Of a stretch of 64,000 nucleotides of DNA, positions 37,641 to 50,433 are shown piece after piece (the first letter of the stretch is position 1; each line of letters opens with the position of its first letter). The notes beneath the pieces were generated by a model. The model saw nothing but the letters and a program-made list of their open reading frames with translations, was not told the DNA's origin and did no database searches. A program made the translations under genes and the position numbers. This DNA comes from Camelus dromedarius (lineage: Eukaryota): assembly GCF_036321535.1 (NCBI RefSeq), contig NC_087438.1:13332001-13396000 (forward strand). Direction: 5' to 3'.

Positions 37641-39769
37641 GTGAGTAAGGAGAAATAAGGTTTAGTGAAACGCCTTTGAAAGGGGTTTAGATAAGTGGGA
37701 AAAAAATTTAAAAATATCAACCTGGAGTTTGGAAAGGCTGGCAATCCAAGGCTTCAGTGCAGGAGGTGAAGCAGCATGTAAAACCAAATTTCCTCTTCTT
37801 CTACAAGGTAGCAATCACGAGTCATTACAGATAAAGCTAAGAGTGAAGATGAATGTTCTGGCTCCTATAAAAATGAGCCTTTTGTTTTTACCAACTTAGC
37901 ACATTGCAGCTCTTCACCAACTCACTTTATTTCTTTAGAAAAAAAAATATTTCAGCTCTAATGTTAGTCTTCATTTGCAAATTAAACTTTCCTTTCTACC
38001 AGGCTTGTTTCAGGAATGACTGTTAAGATTTCTGTTGAGTCCATTTATAGACTGTAACTAAACAAGCAAAGGAAAACATAACAAATAAAGCTATGTGCAT
38101 AATCAGTAATCCTGAGGACAAATATCTTAAAATGTGGGATGGAGAAGGAGTATTTATCTTCTAGTCTGATGTTTTTAAAATGTTCTGCTTAATTAGATTT
38201 TAAATTACTAATATGAGTCTTGCGCTTTGATGCAGATAAATGTAGGTAAGAACTGTTTATGTAAAGGCCCACACATATTTCATACTTTTGAAAAATGAGG
38301 AAAGGACCTTGTATTGCTTAAAATATATCACCTACCTGACAAGTGCAATTACTTTGTGGTGAAGAAAACTTTTATATTTCAATTAGGATTGTTAAAATGG
38401 AAATATAATCAAGAGAGATTGCACACTAAAATATAAATGAATTATTTTTCAAGAAATAAATTCTTGAAGCAGTTTGGAGACAGATTATCACAGAACCAGA
38501 ATACTGGATATTTCTGCTAAATAATATTCAGTCTCCTTGGAACATTTTCCCATAAATATATTTCAATTGATAGATTAACAAAATTAAATAGGATTTCTAC
38601 ATATGCTGGCTACTGAAGAGACTGAAAAAGAACTATTAGATTTAGTTCCTATTCTCAATAATGTTACAATTTAATTAAAGAGAGATGACTAATGCACAGG
38701 AGATAATTAGCAAATAATGAAAAACACTATGAATTTGGGTGATAAATGTGGAACCAACTTTTAGCTCCACTTTTTATCTTAAGCAATAATATATACCCTC
38801 TTTGAAGAAAACAAAACAAAACAGACCAAAGCAAAACAAAAAACAGCAAGTGTCCGAAAGGGAGAGTGCATATGTAATTCTTACAATATTAAGTGAAATG
38901 GGTTCTTCTAGTGGCTTCTTCCTACTGTTTTTAAGAATCCAAGTCTCTTCCGTTAGAATCGGCATCACAGTGATTACTATTTTTCTTCTCTGTATCATCT
39001 TATTCTGAATGTTCATATGGATTTGCAGGCTTTTATTTGTATAACATTTGATTCTGTCTGAGAAAAGAAAGGTTTCATTACTGAAAAGAAACCATGTAAT
39101 TATTCGGTTCTCAAACAAAGACTGTTCAACTGTGTTTCTGTATTTTCAACCAATTTATCAGTTTCCATTCAAAGAGAGAAGCCTTCAGTAGAATTACACT
39201 GTGGCTCTGGAAAGGAACCCAGACTTATCCTTCGTATTTGAGGAATGTAAAGCGGGCTCTGATGCTTATGATGATGAATTAAAGCTACAGGCAGTAGCTT
39301 TTCTTTTAATTTTTGCTTCACAAAATGATGAATGGCTGATAGGCAACATAGCATTCCTTCTGATATGACAGGAATAAAACATATGAAACAGTGGTTAAGT
39401 TAGAGTTCTAAACAACACTTTAAAAAGCTAATAGGTGCCATCCTTACTTCCTGGTTTTTCTCCTATCTAGCTGCTTTTTTGACTTACTCAAGCATTAGAT
39501 CCATCAAGGGCAGGAGGCAGTCATACTCCTATGTTGGTCTGAATTCCCGGTTTACCATGAAATCTATAGATTATGAATTGGAGTCTCATTTAACGTGCTC
39601 TCTAGGAAGACATCCTGCTGACCAGGGCAGGTGTGTTTTTGGCCCCATTGGCAGTTGTATTTCTTATTGAAACTCCCCTAACTAACTTCCTGGCATATAA
39701 GTCATTCTACCTTGAATTGAGTTTATGTAATATATTATTGCCAAGATTATTCAGTCTTAGGAATTGGAA

Positions 39770-42120
39770 TAATCATATTGGTCCATTTTATCTAAGTTAT
39801 CAAATTCGCGGACATAGAGCTTTAATAGTATCCTTTTGTTTTTCTTTTACTTTCCATGAGATGTGTAGTGATTTCATCTCTTTTATATCTGATGTTAGTA
39901 ATTTGTTTCCTTCCTCCTTTTTCTTAATTAGCCTGGCTAGGGTCTTACCAATTTTATTGATCTTTTTCCAAAAAACCAGGTTTTGATTTTGTTGATTTTC
40001 TCTGTTGATTTCCTGTTTTCAAATTCATTCTTTCTGCTCTGATTCTTGTTATTTCTTTTCTTCTGTTTAGCTTGGTTTTTATTTGCTTTTCTTCTTCAGG
40101 TTTCCTGCGGTGAAAACTAGATTATCAATTTTAGATCTTTCTTCTTTTTTAATATATGTATTCAATTCTGTAAATTTCCCTCTGAGCACTGATTTCATTG
40201 CATCCTCAAATTTTGATAAGTTGGGTTTTACTTTTAAGTGAAAAAATTTTAAAACTTATTTTGAGATTTCTTCTTTGAAGCATGAATATTTAGAAGTGTG
40301 CTCCTTTTCTCCTTGTAGTTTGGTGTTTTCCAGCTTTCTCTTTGTTATTAATTTCTAGATTTATTCCACTGTGGTCTGAGAGCAGATATTGTATGACTTT
40401 TTTTTTTTTTTTGACTCTTAATCTTCTATTTTATTTTCTTTAAATGCAGGTCACTCTCCACTAAAATGATTTCATGACCCACAAATGGAATGAAACAGTC
40501 TGAAAAACAGTATGCTAAGTAAAGGCTGCTGTTTTCATACAAAAAGCCTACTCACTGGTACCAGTTACCCAGAGCATCTCCAAAGTGCTGAATCTACCTG
40601 TGTTTCCCACGTATCTGCAGGGGCTCCAGGGAGCCTCGTGACAGATGTTGTATGACTTCTATTCTTTTAAATTTGTTAAGGTTTATTTTATGGCCAGGAT
40701 GTAGTCTATCTTGGTGAATATTACATGTGAGTTTTAGAAGAGTATGTGTTTTGCTGTTGTTGTATGGGGTGATCTATAGATGTCAGTTATAACCAATTGA
40801 TGAGTGGGGTTGTGGAGTTCAACTATATCCTTACTGATTTTCTGTCTGCTGGGTATTTCCATTTCTAAGAGAGGGATGTTGAAGTCTCAAGCCTTGATAA
40901 TAAATTCATCTATTTCCCCTTGCCTCACATATTTAGATGCTCCGATTTTAGGTGTATACACATTAAGAATTACTATGTCTCCTTGCATAATTGACACCAT
41001 TATCGTTTATGGTGTGCCTCTTTGCCCCTTACAACTTTTCTCACTTTGAAATCAGCTCTGGATGGAATCAATACAGCTACTCCTGTTTTCTCTTGGTTAG
41101 GGCTAGCATGATTTATTTCTTTCCATTTTCTTAATCTGTATGTGTTTTTACATTTAAAATGGGTTTCTTGTAGACAACATATAGTTGCATAACGTTTATT
41201 ACATCCGGTCTATTAATTAACTCATCAAAGTGATCCTTCATTTCTATTACAGTGGTTTTAATCTCTAGTATTTTCTTTTGATTCTTCCTTAGGATCCTCA
41301 TGTTTCTGCTGACACTGTCCATCTGTTTTGCATGCTGCCCACTTTATTCATTAGAGCCCTTAAAATATTGTTATAGTTGTTTAAATTTCTAAATTTCTAG
41401 TCTGATAATTCTAACATCCCTGCTGTATTTGGTTCTTTGTTTGCTCTGTCTCTGCAAATTGTGGCTCCCTGTCTTTTTTTTTTTTTTTTTTTTTTTTGAT
41501 AATCACAGGGTTTATTGGGCAAAGAGGATCACTGTAAACAGGTCTTAGTCATGTGCTGCTGAAGTATGGGTGGAGGGGAAGCGTTCTGTAGTCCTAGGGT
41601 AGGCTCTTAATCTTGAATGAAATTGTACCTCTGAACTGTGAACTTCACAAGTGTTTCTCATTTGTTTGTTTTTTTCTTCTCTGCTTATTTGGGGCAGGTT
41701 GGCTAGAATGGGCTAGACTTGGCTATTTCTATTCTCCCGCATGGAAGGCTAGAGACGACAGGGGTTGGGTATTTCCATTCTTTAGGTCAGTTAAGCTCTG
41801 AGAAGACCCCAAAAGGTTAGATTCTGATGAACTCAGATTTGTGTACACTGTGCCTCCACAATTTGTCAGCTGCAGTGGAGGTTTTCCCACCACAGCATGG
41901 GTGTCCAAGGTACTTTCCTCTCATGAGTCTCTACTCAGGTAAACTGTGCCTCCCTCCACTGGCCCATCTGTCTCTTTAATCTTAGGGTCAGTGTTTTTTG
42001 CAATGTCCTCCCTTCTCTTATGGATGCAAGAGGAGTTGTTGAATTTTCAATCTGTTCAGTTTTTTACTTGCTGTTAGGACAGAGGATGACTTCCAAATGT
42101 TTTACATGCAGAGCTGGAAC
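39770..42120 (-). mobile_element. Old L1 (L1MC/M4-like) 5' half: 5' UTR, ORF1 relic, ORF2 endonuclease region
   Basis: ORF 41131-41322 'MRILRKNQKKILEIKTTVIEMKDHFDELINR' is an L1 ORF1 coiled coil; ORF2 motifs 'ttccactgtggtctgag' and 'gtctatcttggtgaatatt'. Confidence 0.85.
40400..40641 (-). pseudogene. Retroposed non-L1 polyadenylated RNA 3' end (truncated retrocopy or orphan transduction)
   Basis: T15 at 40398-40412; minus-strand AATAAA at 40430-40435; 17-bp TSD cagat[a/g]ttgtatgactt at 40383-40399 and 40642-40658; host L1 resumes in register. Confidence 0.85.
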
Positions 42121-43929
42121 TTGTATAGTATGTTAGTTTCACATCTAAACACTTTGCTAAAATCTCATAATGTCTAATTTTTTATCTTTAAAATAGTTTT
42201 TTAATTTAAAATTTTATAACTATATGGTCACATGATCTGCAAATAACTTATATTTTTTTTGCATTATATTTGCCTGTTTTATTGCATTTTTTTTACATTT
42301 ATTGTATTTTAAAATTTCTAAAAAGCTTATAATGTGTTCAATTACTCTTTTGTCTTAAAAGTCATTTATAATAGATTTATTTTCTAAATCTGTCTCAATG
42401 CACTCAATAGAAAATTTTTTTGTTGTAAATTTTTTTCTGTATCCTGAGATTCTCTTTAAATCTAATTAACAATATTTTCTTTTTCTATGTTGATTATTTT
42501 CTTTAATATTGTTGCATTTATTTCCCAGTAGAGTTTTTTTTTAACATTCTTTTCATCATAATGAGTAAAGAATGTTAAGAAAATTTGGACTTGCACTATA
42601 TATCCATTCTTACTCTCTTATTTATCATACTAGTTTATTTTTTGCTTCTAAATTTTGTCAGAGTTCTCTGACTTATAAATGTCACTTTGGAGTTCGTAAC
42701 TATTTAGTCCATGTTCACATTATCTGAACGGTCAGATTCAGTTGGCTACTCGAGGTGTTATAATCAATGCTATATATATTTTTTATATATATATAATTAT
42801 ATATATATATAATGTCTGCTGGCAAATCAAAATTATGTTTGATTTGTCTTTAATCAAACACTCTCAAGTTTTTCTTGAAATTTGAAATTTACCCTTTTTA
42901 ATATAAATTCACAAATTTTGGATATTTCTTCTGGTCTTATTTGTTTTCTAACTAACACTCATCTGGAATACTCTCCTTAGAGCAATTCTGAGTTTAAATG
43001 CTAGGCTTTGGGAGTTCACAATTAGAGAAAGGGGATGATTACTAACTTCTTTTAGAAAGAAATGTTCAGTGGAAAATTGATCAGACAGCTTTTGTATTTT
43101 AATGTTCTTTAGTATGTCCAACAACTCCAAGATACGTCTTTTACAATTTTCATACTTTCACCCAAGATTTGATAATTTAATATAATAATTGTCAATTCAA
43201 CTATTGTTTTAATTCAGTGATACATAAAATTGCCTTCTGAACTGAGTTTTCAGAAGTCAAGGTATAACAGCCTTAGACAGTATCTTTTTAGATAATGGCC
43301 TTAAGTTTCATTCTGTGCTTAGGATTAGAATGAAAAGATGTGAATCTGCCCTTTTGTCACTCCCAACTGTGCAAAATTGTCTGGAGTGGTCACATGATTC
43401 TACAGCCTTCAAAGTTTTTATCTCTTCCAAACAAGTTGACAACTGGCTTCATGGGGACAAATTTTCCATATTACAGAGGTAAGGTAACTAAAATTGATAA
43501 TTTATTAGCTACTTAACTTTAGAATGCCATTGGCTCTTGTTTCCCATCATAGAAGTCAAAGCAAAAAGAGATCTTATTTTTGGCCTTGTCTTGTTCTTAA
43601 AATAATATGTACATGATGCATATTTTCCCAAAGTCATAAGTACCTATTTATTCTTCACTTAACATTCTTTTGCCTAAAAGGAACATGAATCTATCTAGTC
43701 TGGTTATCATTTAATAGAAAGATCTATTGAAAGAAATAGAGGTCTCCTTTCCACAAATAAAGTTAACCTAACGGGAAAAAATAAGCAATGTCTTGTTTGG
43801 ATTGTATTTTGAGGTAAGCCAAGTGTTGGCAAATGCAAAACATATATAGGAAAGTATGAAGGAGAAATTTTAAATTGGGAGATGACATTGTTACCACTGA
43901 TCAGTCTCAATCTGACTAAAACTGATCAA

Positions 43930-44620
43930 CTCTATAAAGATGTCCCCTCTTTCATGCAATACGTTGTGAATTGTACTGCACTTCCTCTGGGTTAGTCTTA
44001 CCAAAATGATTTGAACCTGGGCTTAATCAATATTTATTTCTAGCTTCCTGTTTACAAGACATACAATATAGAGAGCAAAATATTAGATGACATCAGTGGG
44101 AATTACCCAGATAAATATAGACTGAAGGGGAAATTTAGTAAAATCGGACACAGTTATTTCTAGAAATTAGTAACATGGAAACAAACAAATAAGCTAACCA
44201 AATAAGGAAGATATAATAGTCATGATAACCACATGGGGAGTACTGAGATTTTAGACTTTGTTTTATTCTTAATTCAAATAGTCCATCTATAACAAATAAT
44301 TTTTTTTTAAATCAGGAAAATGTAAGTATAGTCAAGGTAGTAAATTATATTAAGGAATTTTTGGTAACTTTTAGGTGGGATAATTGAATTGCATTTAGGT
44401 AATCTTTGTATATCTTTGATTTTTAGAAATGCCTAATGAAATATTTATGGATAAAATGAAATATTTATGCTTTTTTAAAATTACTACACCAATTAAGAAA
44501 AAAATGAGATGAGTGAAATGTGTGGCAAAATACTAGTTATTAAATGTGAATGATTTAGTACATTATATTGTTTTTCCCTACATTTTGTAGGTTTGCAACC
44601 TTTCATAATAAAGCTGGTTT
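43930..44620 (+). mobile_element. L1MC4/5-like 3' UTR
   Basis: 'cttaccaaaatgatttgaacctg', 'tattaaggaattttt...ttttaggtgggataat'; ends 'tttcataataaag'. Confidence 0.6.
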
Positions 44621-45719
44621 TTGAAAATTACAAAAAATAAATGTTGGTCATGACATCAATTTCACAACTTTCTAATGAGTTGAAATCTGCAGTGAAAAAA
44701 AAATCCTAATATTCCAATAATTAGGTTGTGAGGGTGAATTCATTTCTGTAGATTTCCTTCTGTTTCATCCATTTTTTTTCTCTTTCCTCAGTGAATGTTA
44801 ACGACCAACATATGGAGGCAACATCTTTTTTTGGTAGTACAATTTTGGTTTTAATTGTATTTATTCCTAAAACTATTAGGAAGAAGTGCACATTTGGGAT
44901 TAATAATTGTATTTCCGATTCTTGGAACTAAAAGTGTATGCACATTATTCTTCTGTGAAACCTTATTTCCATGTGATCTCAGAACATAATAAGCCACAGA
45001 TCACTATTAAAATTTGTGCCCTGGATTCCATAAATTTGTGGTTATAATAAAAATCATAATGTGAGAAAGAAAAGGAAACTTTAATAATGCTTTAAAGAAA
45101 AGAACACTCTGCAAATAATAATTTTGATGTGAGAATGAAAGTGCAAATAAAACATAGTTTTATGCACACAAATTATAGGAAGCACAGTATAATATCTTCC
45201 CAAATTGAAGAAAATGCTGAAATTCCAAAATTTAATGACAAGAGCTGGAGTGTTCGGGGTATCTGCATGCAACTCTGCCTCTCTAAACACTGCTATTAAC
45301 CTTAGCATCAACACCTCTCAGTTTCTCCAGGTTCCCTTGCTAATGTAAAGTTCAACTTTCTTTTAGAGAAACTATTTAGCTAACTGTGGACTAGGTAATT
45401 CTATCACTGGATCAGCCGCAGTCAGCAAAGTGTGTCATGCAGTGTATATACTATGATCGTCGTGAGCTGGAGAAGTATTATAACAATACAATAGTGTGCA
45501 CCTAAAAATCAGTTAAGAGTGCAGATCTCATATTAAGTGTTCTCACAAGGAAGGGAGGAAGTTGGAAGGAGGGGAAGAAAAGAAGGAGGGAAGAAGGCAG
45601 GAAGGAAATGTAGTAGTTTCAGTAAGTTTACTTGGAGATGAAGGAGATGCGGGACAAATAATTAGTCAAAGATGGCCACCACCAATTTTTTTTTCTCCTT
45701 GTGTGGGGAGATATTAAGC

Positions 45720-46235
45720 TTTTTGGTTTAGCCTCTTATTTGCCCCACAACTCTTATCTACTGGAATTCAAGATGCTATGTAACTATCTCTTATTATTAT
45801 CATTTTTAATGCAGCTGAATAAAAGGCTTTTCACATTGGGTTAGCTTTGAGTCACATTAAGTAAAGACAACCTTTTAAGTGACATCTACCAGGGAACCAC
45901 CAGACAGGTCAAATAATAAAGGCATTTCAACCACATTCTGCTTCAGCCCGTGGCTGCAAGTCTACTTGTTTCCCATGATTGCAGGCTCCTGGGTTTCATG
46001 GCAGTCATGGAGCTCAAGAGTGATGATGGCTTAGGACAAGTTAAAACAGCGCAAGAGTCACTTTTCTTATCAAGACTCATCATTTCTTGAATAAATTCTT
46101 CCTGGATTGCTGCAAGTTTGGTTAATTTCCAAAATGCTAACAAACTTGATTCTGATAATTTTAGCCAGTGTTCTCATTGCTTTTAAGGAAAATAATTCTT
46201 TTGTAGAGCCTGCTGTGTCATTTCGGTTGACATCT
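45720..46235 (-). mobile_element. Old L1 (L1M4/MB-like) 5' UTR fragment
   Basis: 'cagggaaccaccagacaggtcaaataat' and 'ttcttgaataaattcttcctggattgctgcaag...gccagtgttctcattgctttta'. Confidence 0.65.
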
Positions 46236-46549
46236 GTCTGCACTCATTTTATTCTTCTTCTAGATTGCCATCAAGTTGCTAATCAACTTGTTGGAAAAAA
46301 AAATCACTGATTTTATACAAATATTTTACAACATACTAATTTTTATATTTTTATAGTTTCTGAATTTTTTTTAGTTTTTTTATGTCAGTACTGTAATTTT
46401 AAATTCTTACAGCTATCTTACAAATTTTTAATATCTAATAGGACTAATACAATCTTAATATTCTTCTCTTTAAAATATGTATTTGATATAGATAATATAT
46501 AACATACAATGTATATTTATTTTTATTTTATTACAACCTACAACAGCAC

Positions 46550-46900
46550 TTAAATCATTGAGTGCCCAACAGAATAAATTAAGCAATAAAATGAGCAACA
46601 CTGGAAATAAGTTAGTAAAACTTTAGAATTTCATTAACAATAAAAAGAAGACCCAAATAGCTTGCAGAAGGCAATATAAATCAATCAATCATGGTTATTA
46701 ATGACAAATATATCAGAACCATGCTTTTTAATCAGAGCCACTGATGACTAGAAGACAAGTACTTTGAGAACAAAGTACAGGAATAATAATTTTAAACACG
46801 GAATGTTTATTTTAGCCAAAGCTATGGAGAACTATGAGAGAACAGAAATATTTGCAGACATAAACAAATGAGAAAAATCTGTTGAAAAAACATTTTAACA
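46550..46900 (+). mobile_element. HAL1/L1ME ORF1 C-terminal relic
   Basis: 'tgagtgcccaacagaata', 'ctagaagacaa', 'ttttagccaaagcta', 'atttgcagacat'. Confidence 0.5.
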
Positions 46901-48262
46901 AAATTGCACTCCATTTAGAAACTATAAAATCTTTGGACTAGTCTGAACCTAATAATGTAAGCAATAATTATAAAGCAAGTATTTCTAGAAAGATACCCAA
47001 AATGTATAAATTTGCATGATTATATAAGACTTATGGCAAATTTCTTTAAATAAACAGACCATATTGTCAAAAATAAAATTAAATAGTTAATATTAAATAG
47101 AGTATATGAATTACCAAATGAACATACTTGAGATATTAAAATATACAATCATTTTAAACACTCATGACATGTTTTAGATAAATGTGTCAAAATAATCTCA
47201 ATTCACTTTAGAAATAAAAATGAATAAGAAGTATTTTCTGCATATAATGCTATATAACCTTTAAGTAGGCATGTTATGTGTAGTTAATGTATACAATGCT
47301 AATAAACATATGTTCTTCCTCTCTGATTTCTGAGTTATTGCTTAGTTTTCAACTGTAAAATAAGACAAATACCTTTACTTTCTGTAAACCATGTTTGTAT
47401 CTATATATAAATCATCGATGTCATCTGTATCTATGTGTATGCCGGGGGTGTATGTGCATGCATATTCATATATGTGTATCTGCAGATACAGAGTCAATAC
47501 ATTTAGATATAATAAAAACTCATTGAAGAAATCGATATATAATTCCTTGCATCAGAATAGACATGCAAAAAAAGAAAAGGAATAGACATGCAAAGGTTTT
47601 GGGAAATAATCCACGAAGGGTTCAGTTTCATTATTTATAACTGTAGTAACAGCATGTACTCTGGCTGTGTATAAATTTTCAAGGATGTTTTTGAAATCAG
47701 CATCCCTTTGTGTGTGTGTTCTCCAGTAGGGAGTGACAAAAGAAAATAAACATGAATAAACTATCATATACTCACCGATGCAAATGCGCTTGTGAGAAAG
47801 CACATTCAAGTTCAGAGACAGGCAAGGAGAACACTTTGTAGAAACTCAGAATGATATAGGGTGTCTGAAAATACTTCTTATAAAATGTTTAGGGATCTGA
47901 AAATGCCTTAGTAATAATTTCACTCAGAATCCACATTAAGTGCATGTTTTCCACCATAAGGTACAAATTCAAAAAATATTTTTGAAAAATTCAAAGATAT
48001 TAATGGAGATGTATGTGCAAGATGAAGACTATGCAGTTATTAATATTTCACAGGAGGCATTCTATCAGTTTTGCCATGTTGAAGAAATGCTGTATTTAGT
48101 TGTTGTAATAATAAATGTTCCATGAAATAGAGCTATATTACTGTGAGCTAGGGTGTTCTAGCTGACTTCAACACAATCATTGACCTCTGTGCTTAAACAT
48201 TTCTTCCTCCCTGAACATCACACATCTTCTCTGAAAGTAATCCAGAATTAGGCTATCTGGGC

Positions 48263-48342
48263 AGAAAGAAAGAAAGAGAGAGAGAGAAAAAGGAAGGAAA
48301 GAAGGAAGGAAGGGAGGGAGGAAGGAAGGAAGGAGGGAAGAA
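48263..48342. repeat. Purine-rich (GAAA/GA/GGAA)n compound microsatellite
   Basis: Seen directly. Confidence 0.9.
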
Positions 48343-48554
48343 ATGCATCCTAGGAGAGGAGCTTAGCAAAATAAAATTTAAAGGCAAAGCACAAAGTAAC
48401 TGTTTTCAGAACATCAATAAGTAACACAGAATGAAGGTGAGGGCTGTGTTCACTATCTTCTACTTGCCTTCTTCGACTTAATGCATTTTTTTATGTATTC
48501 ACCATTTGTTCATTTCTATTGTTTGAAAATGCAATAAATTAAAATTTGAATTAG

Positions 48555-49034
48555 TGTAATAAGGAATAACAAATCTGACTCCATATTAGATCCATTTCTT
48601 TTCCTTTAACCTTTGTAATCTATTGTTTTTTCTACAAGTTAATCACCAAAAAGATGTTGCCTATGGCTGAAAGTATACACAATGGCCCATCCTCGCCCGC
48701 CTGAAGGTTCAACTGAAATACCTTTGTTCATCATCTCACAGGAAACTTCCCTATCCAGCCAACCTGTGACCGGCTGCAGGAGTCTGGCTGAATCCAGGAA
48801 GTATTTGCAACAACTTAGGGACATTTTTACTTTACCTCTTCACCTCCCACCTCTTTGTTCTATAAAAGAAACTAACATCCAAACCTGGGCAAGACGGTTC
48901 TTTAGGACATTAGTTTGCCATCTTCTTGGTCTGCAGGATTTCTGAATAGTATAGCTACACCTTGTCCCAACACCTCATCTCCTAAGTTATTGGCCTGTCG
49001 TGCCGTGAGCGGTATGAGCTTGGACTTGGTAAAA
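48555..49034 (+). mobile_element. ERV1 solo LTR, LTR8/MER4-group-like
   Basis: Perfect TSD ttag (48551-48554 and 49035-49038); starts 'tgtaat'; TATA 'ctataaaag'; 3' end 'ttattggcctgtcgtgccgtgagcggtatgagcttggacttggtaaaa'. Confidence 0.88.
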
Positions 49035-49862
49035 TTAGTCCCTTAGACCACTCCTAGTAAAATATATTTAATCCAGTAATTGCTATAGAGTGCTTTACAT
49101 TTAAATTCAAAAAATTATGTCATGCTTGCTTAGATTCCTATTCATGATATATTCTCTTCCACACTTTGCTATCCTTCCTCCCAAAGTCCAGAAGTTTACT
49201 GCCAATAACATCTAAGTCAGCATTAGTATTTTATAAATGAAGTCCTTTTGTTTTAAAGTTTAATTATATAGCTTGAAAAATAATTCCAGTCTTCAGATTA
49301 TGATTTTGTACATTAAGCAGAAATGTAAGCAGATGGTAGAGTGCAGTAATTTTTATTTTCTTGTTTTCGTTTTTAAATGTTGGATGTTTATGCAAGATTT
49401 TGTTTAATTTCAATAGTTACCACAGTTATAAAATATATTACATTTTAAAAACATGAAGCAGATTCTCCAAATGGTAGGTATTAATCAGACATTTGGCACA
49501 AGGTCTTCTAATGCTACACTAACAATCATTTTTGAAATAAGCTTTCCTGTAATTTAGATACATGTTTTGCATTTCTAGTAATTCCTTGGTGGCGAATGTT
49601 TACAAATATTTTTGGAAAATACACTTTGAACAGCAAAACACATTCTCAGTTGTATGAGGATAAGTTAAACATATCAGATGAAACTCGTAAGAGTGAAATA
49701 AATTCCCAGATTAATTGAGGAGACTCTGATGCAGGGTCTCAGAAAAGAGAGCAAAGCCAGGGATCCTAAGCTTGTGGAACCCAATGTCTTGAATGATCTG
49801 ACATTACTGCACCTCAGAATGTGAGAATAGAGACTCGTGGCTTAGAGCACTGCCTAGTCTTC

Positions 49863-49971
49863 TGCTATAGCCTGAATATGTCCTCCCAGTATTCAAATGT
49901 AGAAGCCCTAACCCATTCAGTGTAACTGTATTTGGAGAAGGGGCCCTTAAGGAAATAATTAAGATTAAGTG
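49863..49971 (+). mobile_element. MaLR (MLT1A/MST-like) LTR 5' fragment
   Basis: 'tgctatagcctgaatatgtcctccc...gaagccctaaccc...gtatttggagaaggggccctt'. Confidence 0.75.
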
Positions 49972-50433
49972 AATTCATATACCACGACTTCTTTATCCAC
50001 CATCTGTCAATGGACATTTAGGTTGCCTCCAAGTCTTGGCTATTATATATACTGCTGCTATAAACATTGGGGTGCAGGTGTCTTTTCGAATTAGAGTTCC
50101 TCCTGGATACAGGCCCAGGAGTGTAATTGTTGGATCATATGGTAAGTCTATTTTTAGTCTGGTTTTTTAAGGAACATCCATACTCTTCCATATTGGATGC
50201 ACCAAACTACATTCCCATCAACAGTGTAGAAGGATTTCCTTTTCTCCACACCCTCTCCAACATTTATTTGTGGAGTGTTTAATGATGGCCATTCTGACTG
50301 GTGTAAGGTGATACCTCATTGTAGTTTTGATTTGCATTTCTCTAATAAGTTAGTGATATTGAGCATTTTATCATGTGCCTGTTGGCCATTTGTATGTCTT
50401 CACTGGAGAAGTGTTTCTTTAGGTTTTCTGCCC
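49972..50433 (-). mobile_element. Young L1 ORF2 C-terminal fragment without 3' UTR
   Basis: 'atggacatttaggttgc', 'ggccattctgactggtgtaaggtgatacctcattgtagttttgatttgcatttc'. Confidence 0.9.

Noticed and set aside
38774..39986. The two longest ORFs (114 and 117 aa)
   Set aside because: Low-complexity F/L/I/K-rich translations of AT-rich DNA and antisense L1; no domain or exon signals
41131..41322. Coiled-coil-like ORF
   Set aside because: Decayed L1 ORF1
41474..41497. Long poly(T) as a retrocopy tail
   Set aside because: No TSD or foreign sequence; looks like expansion of a T-run within the L1 5' region
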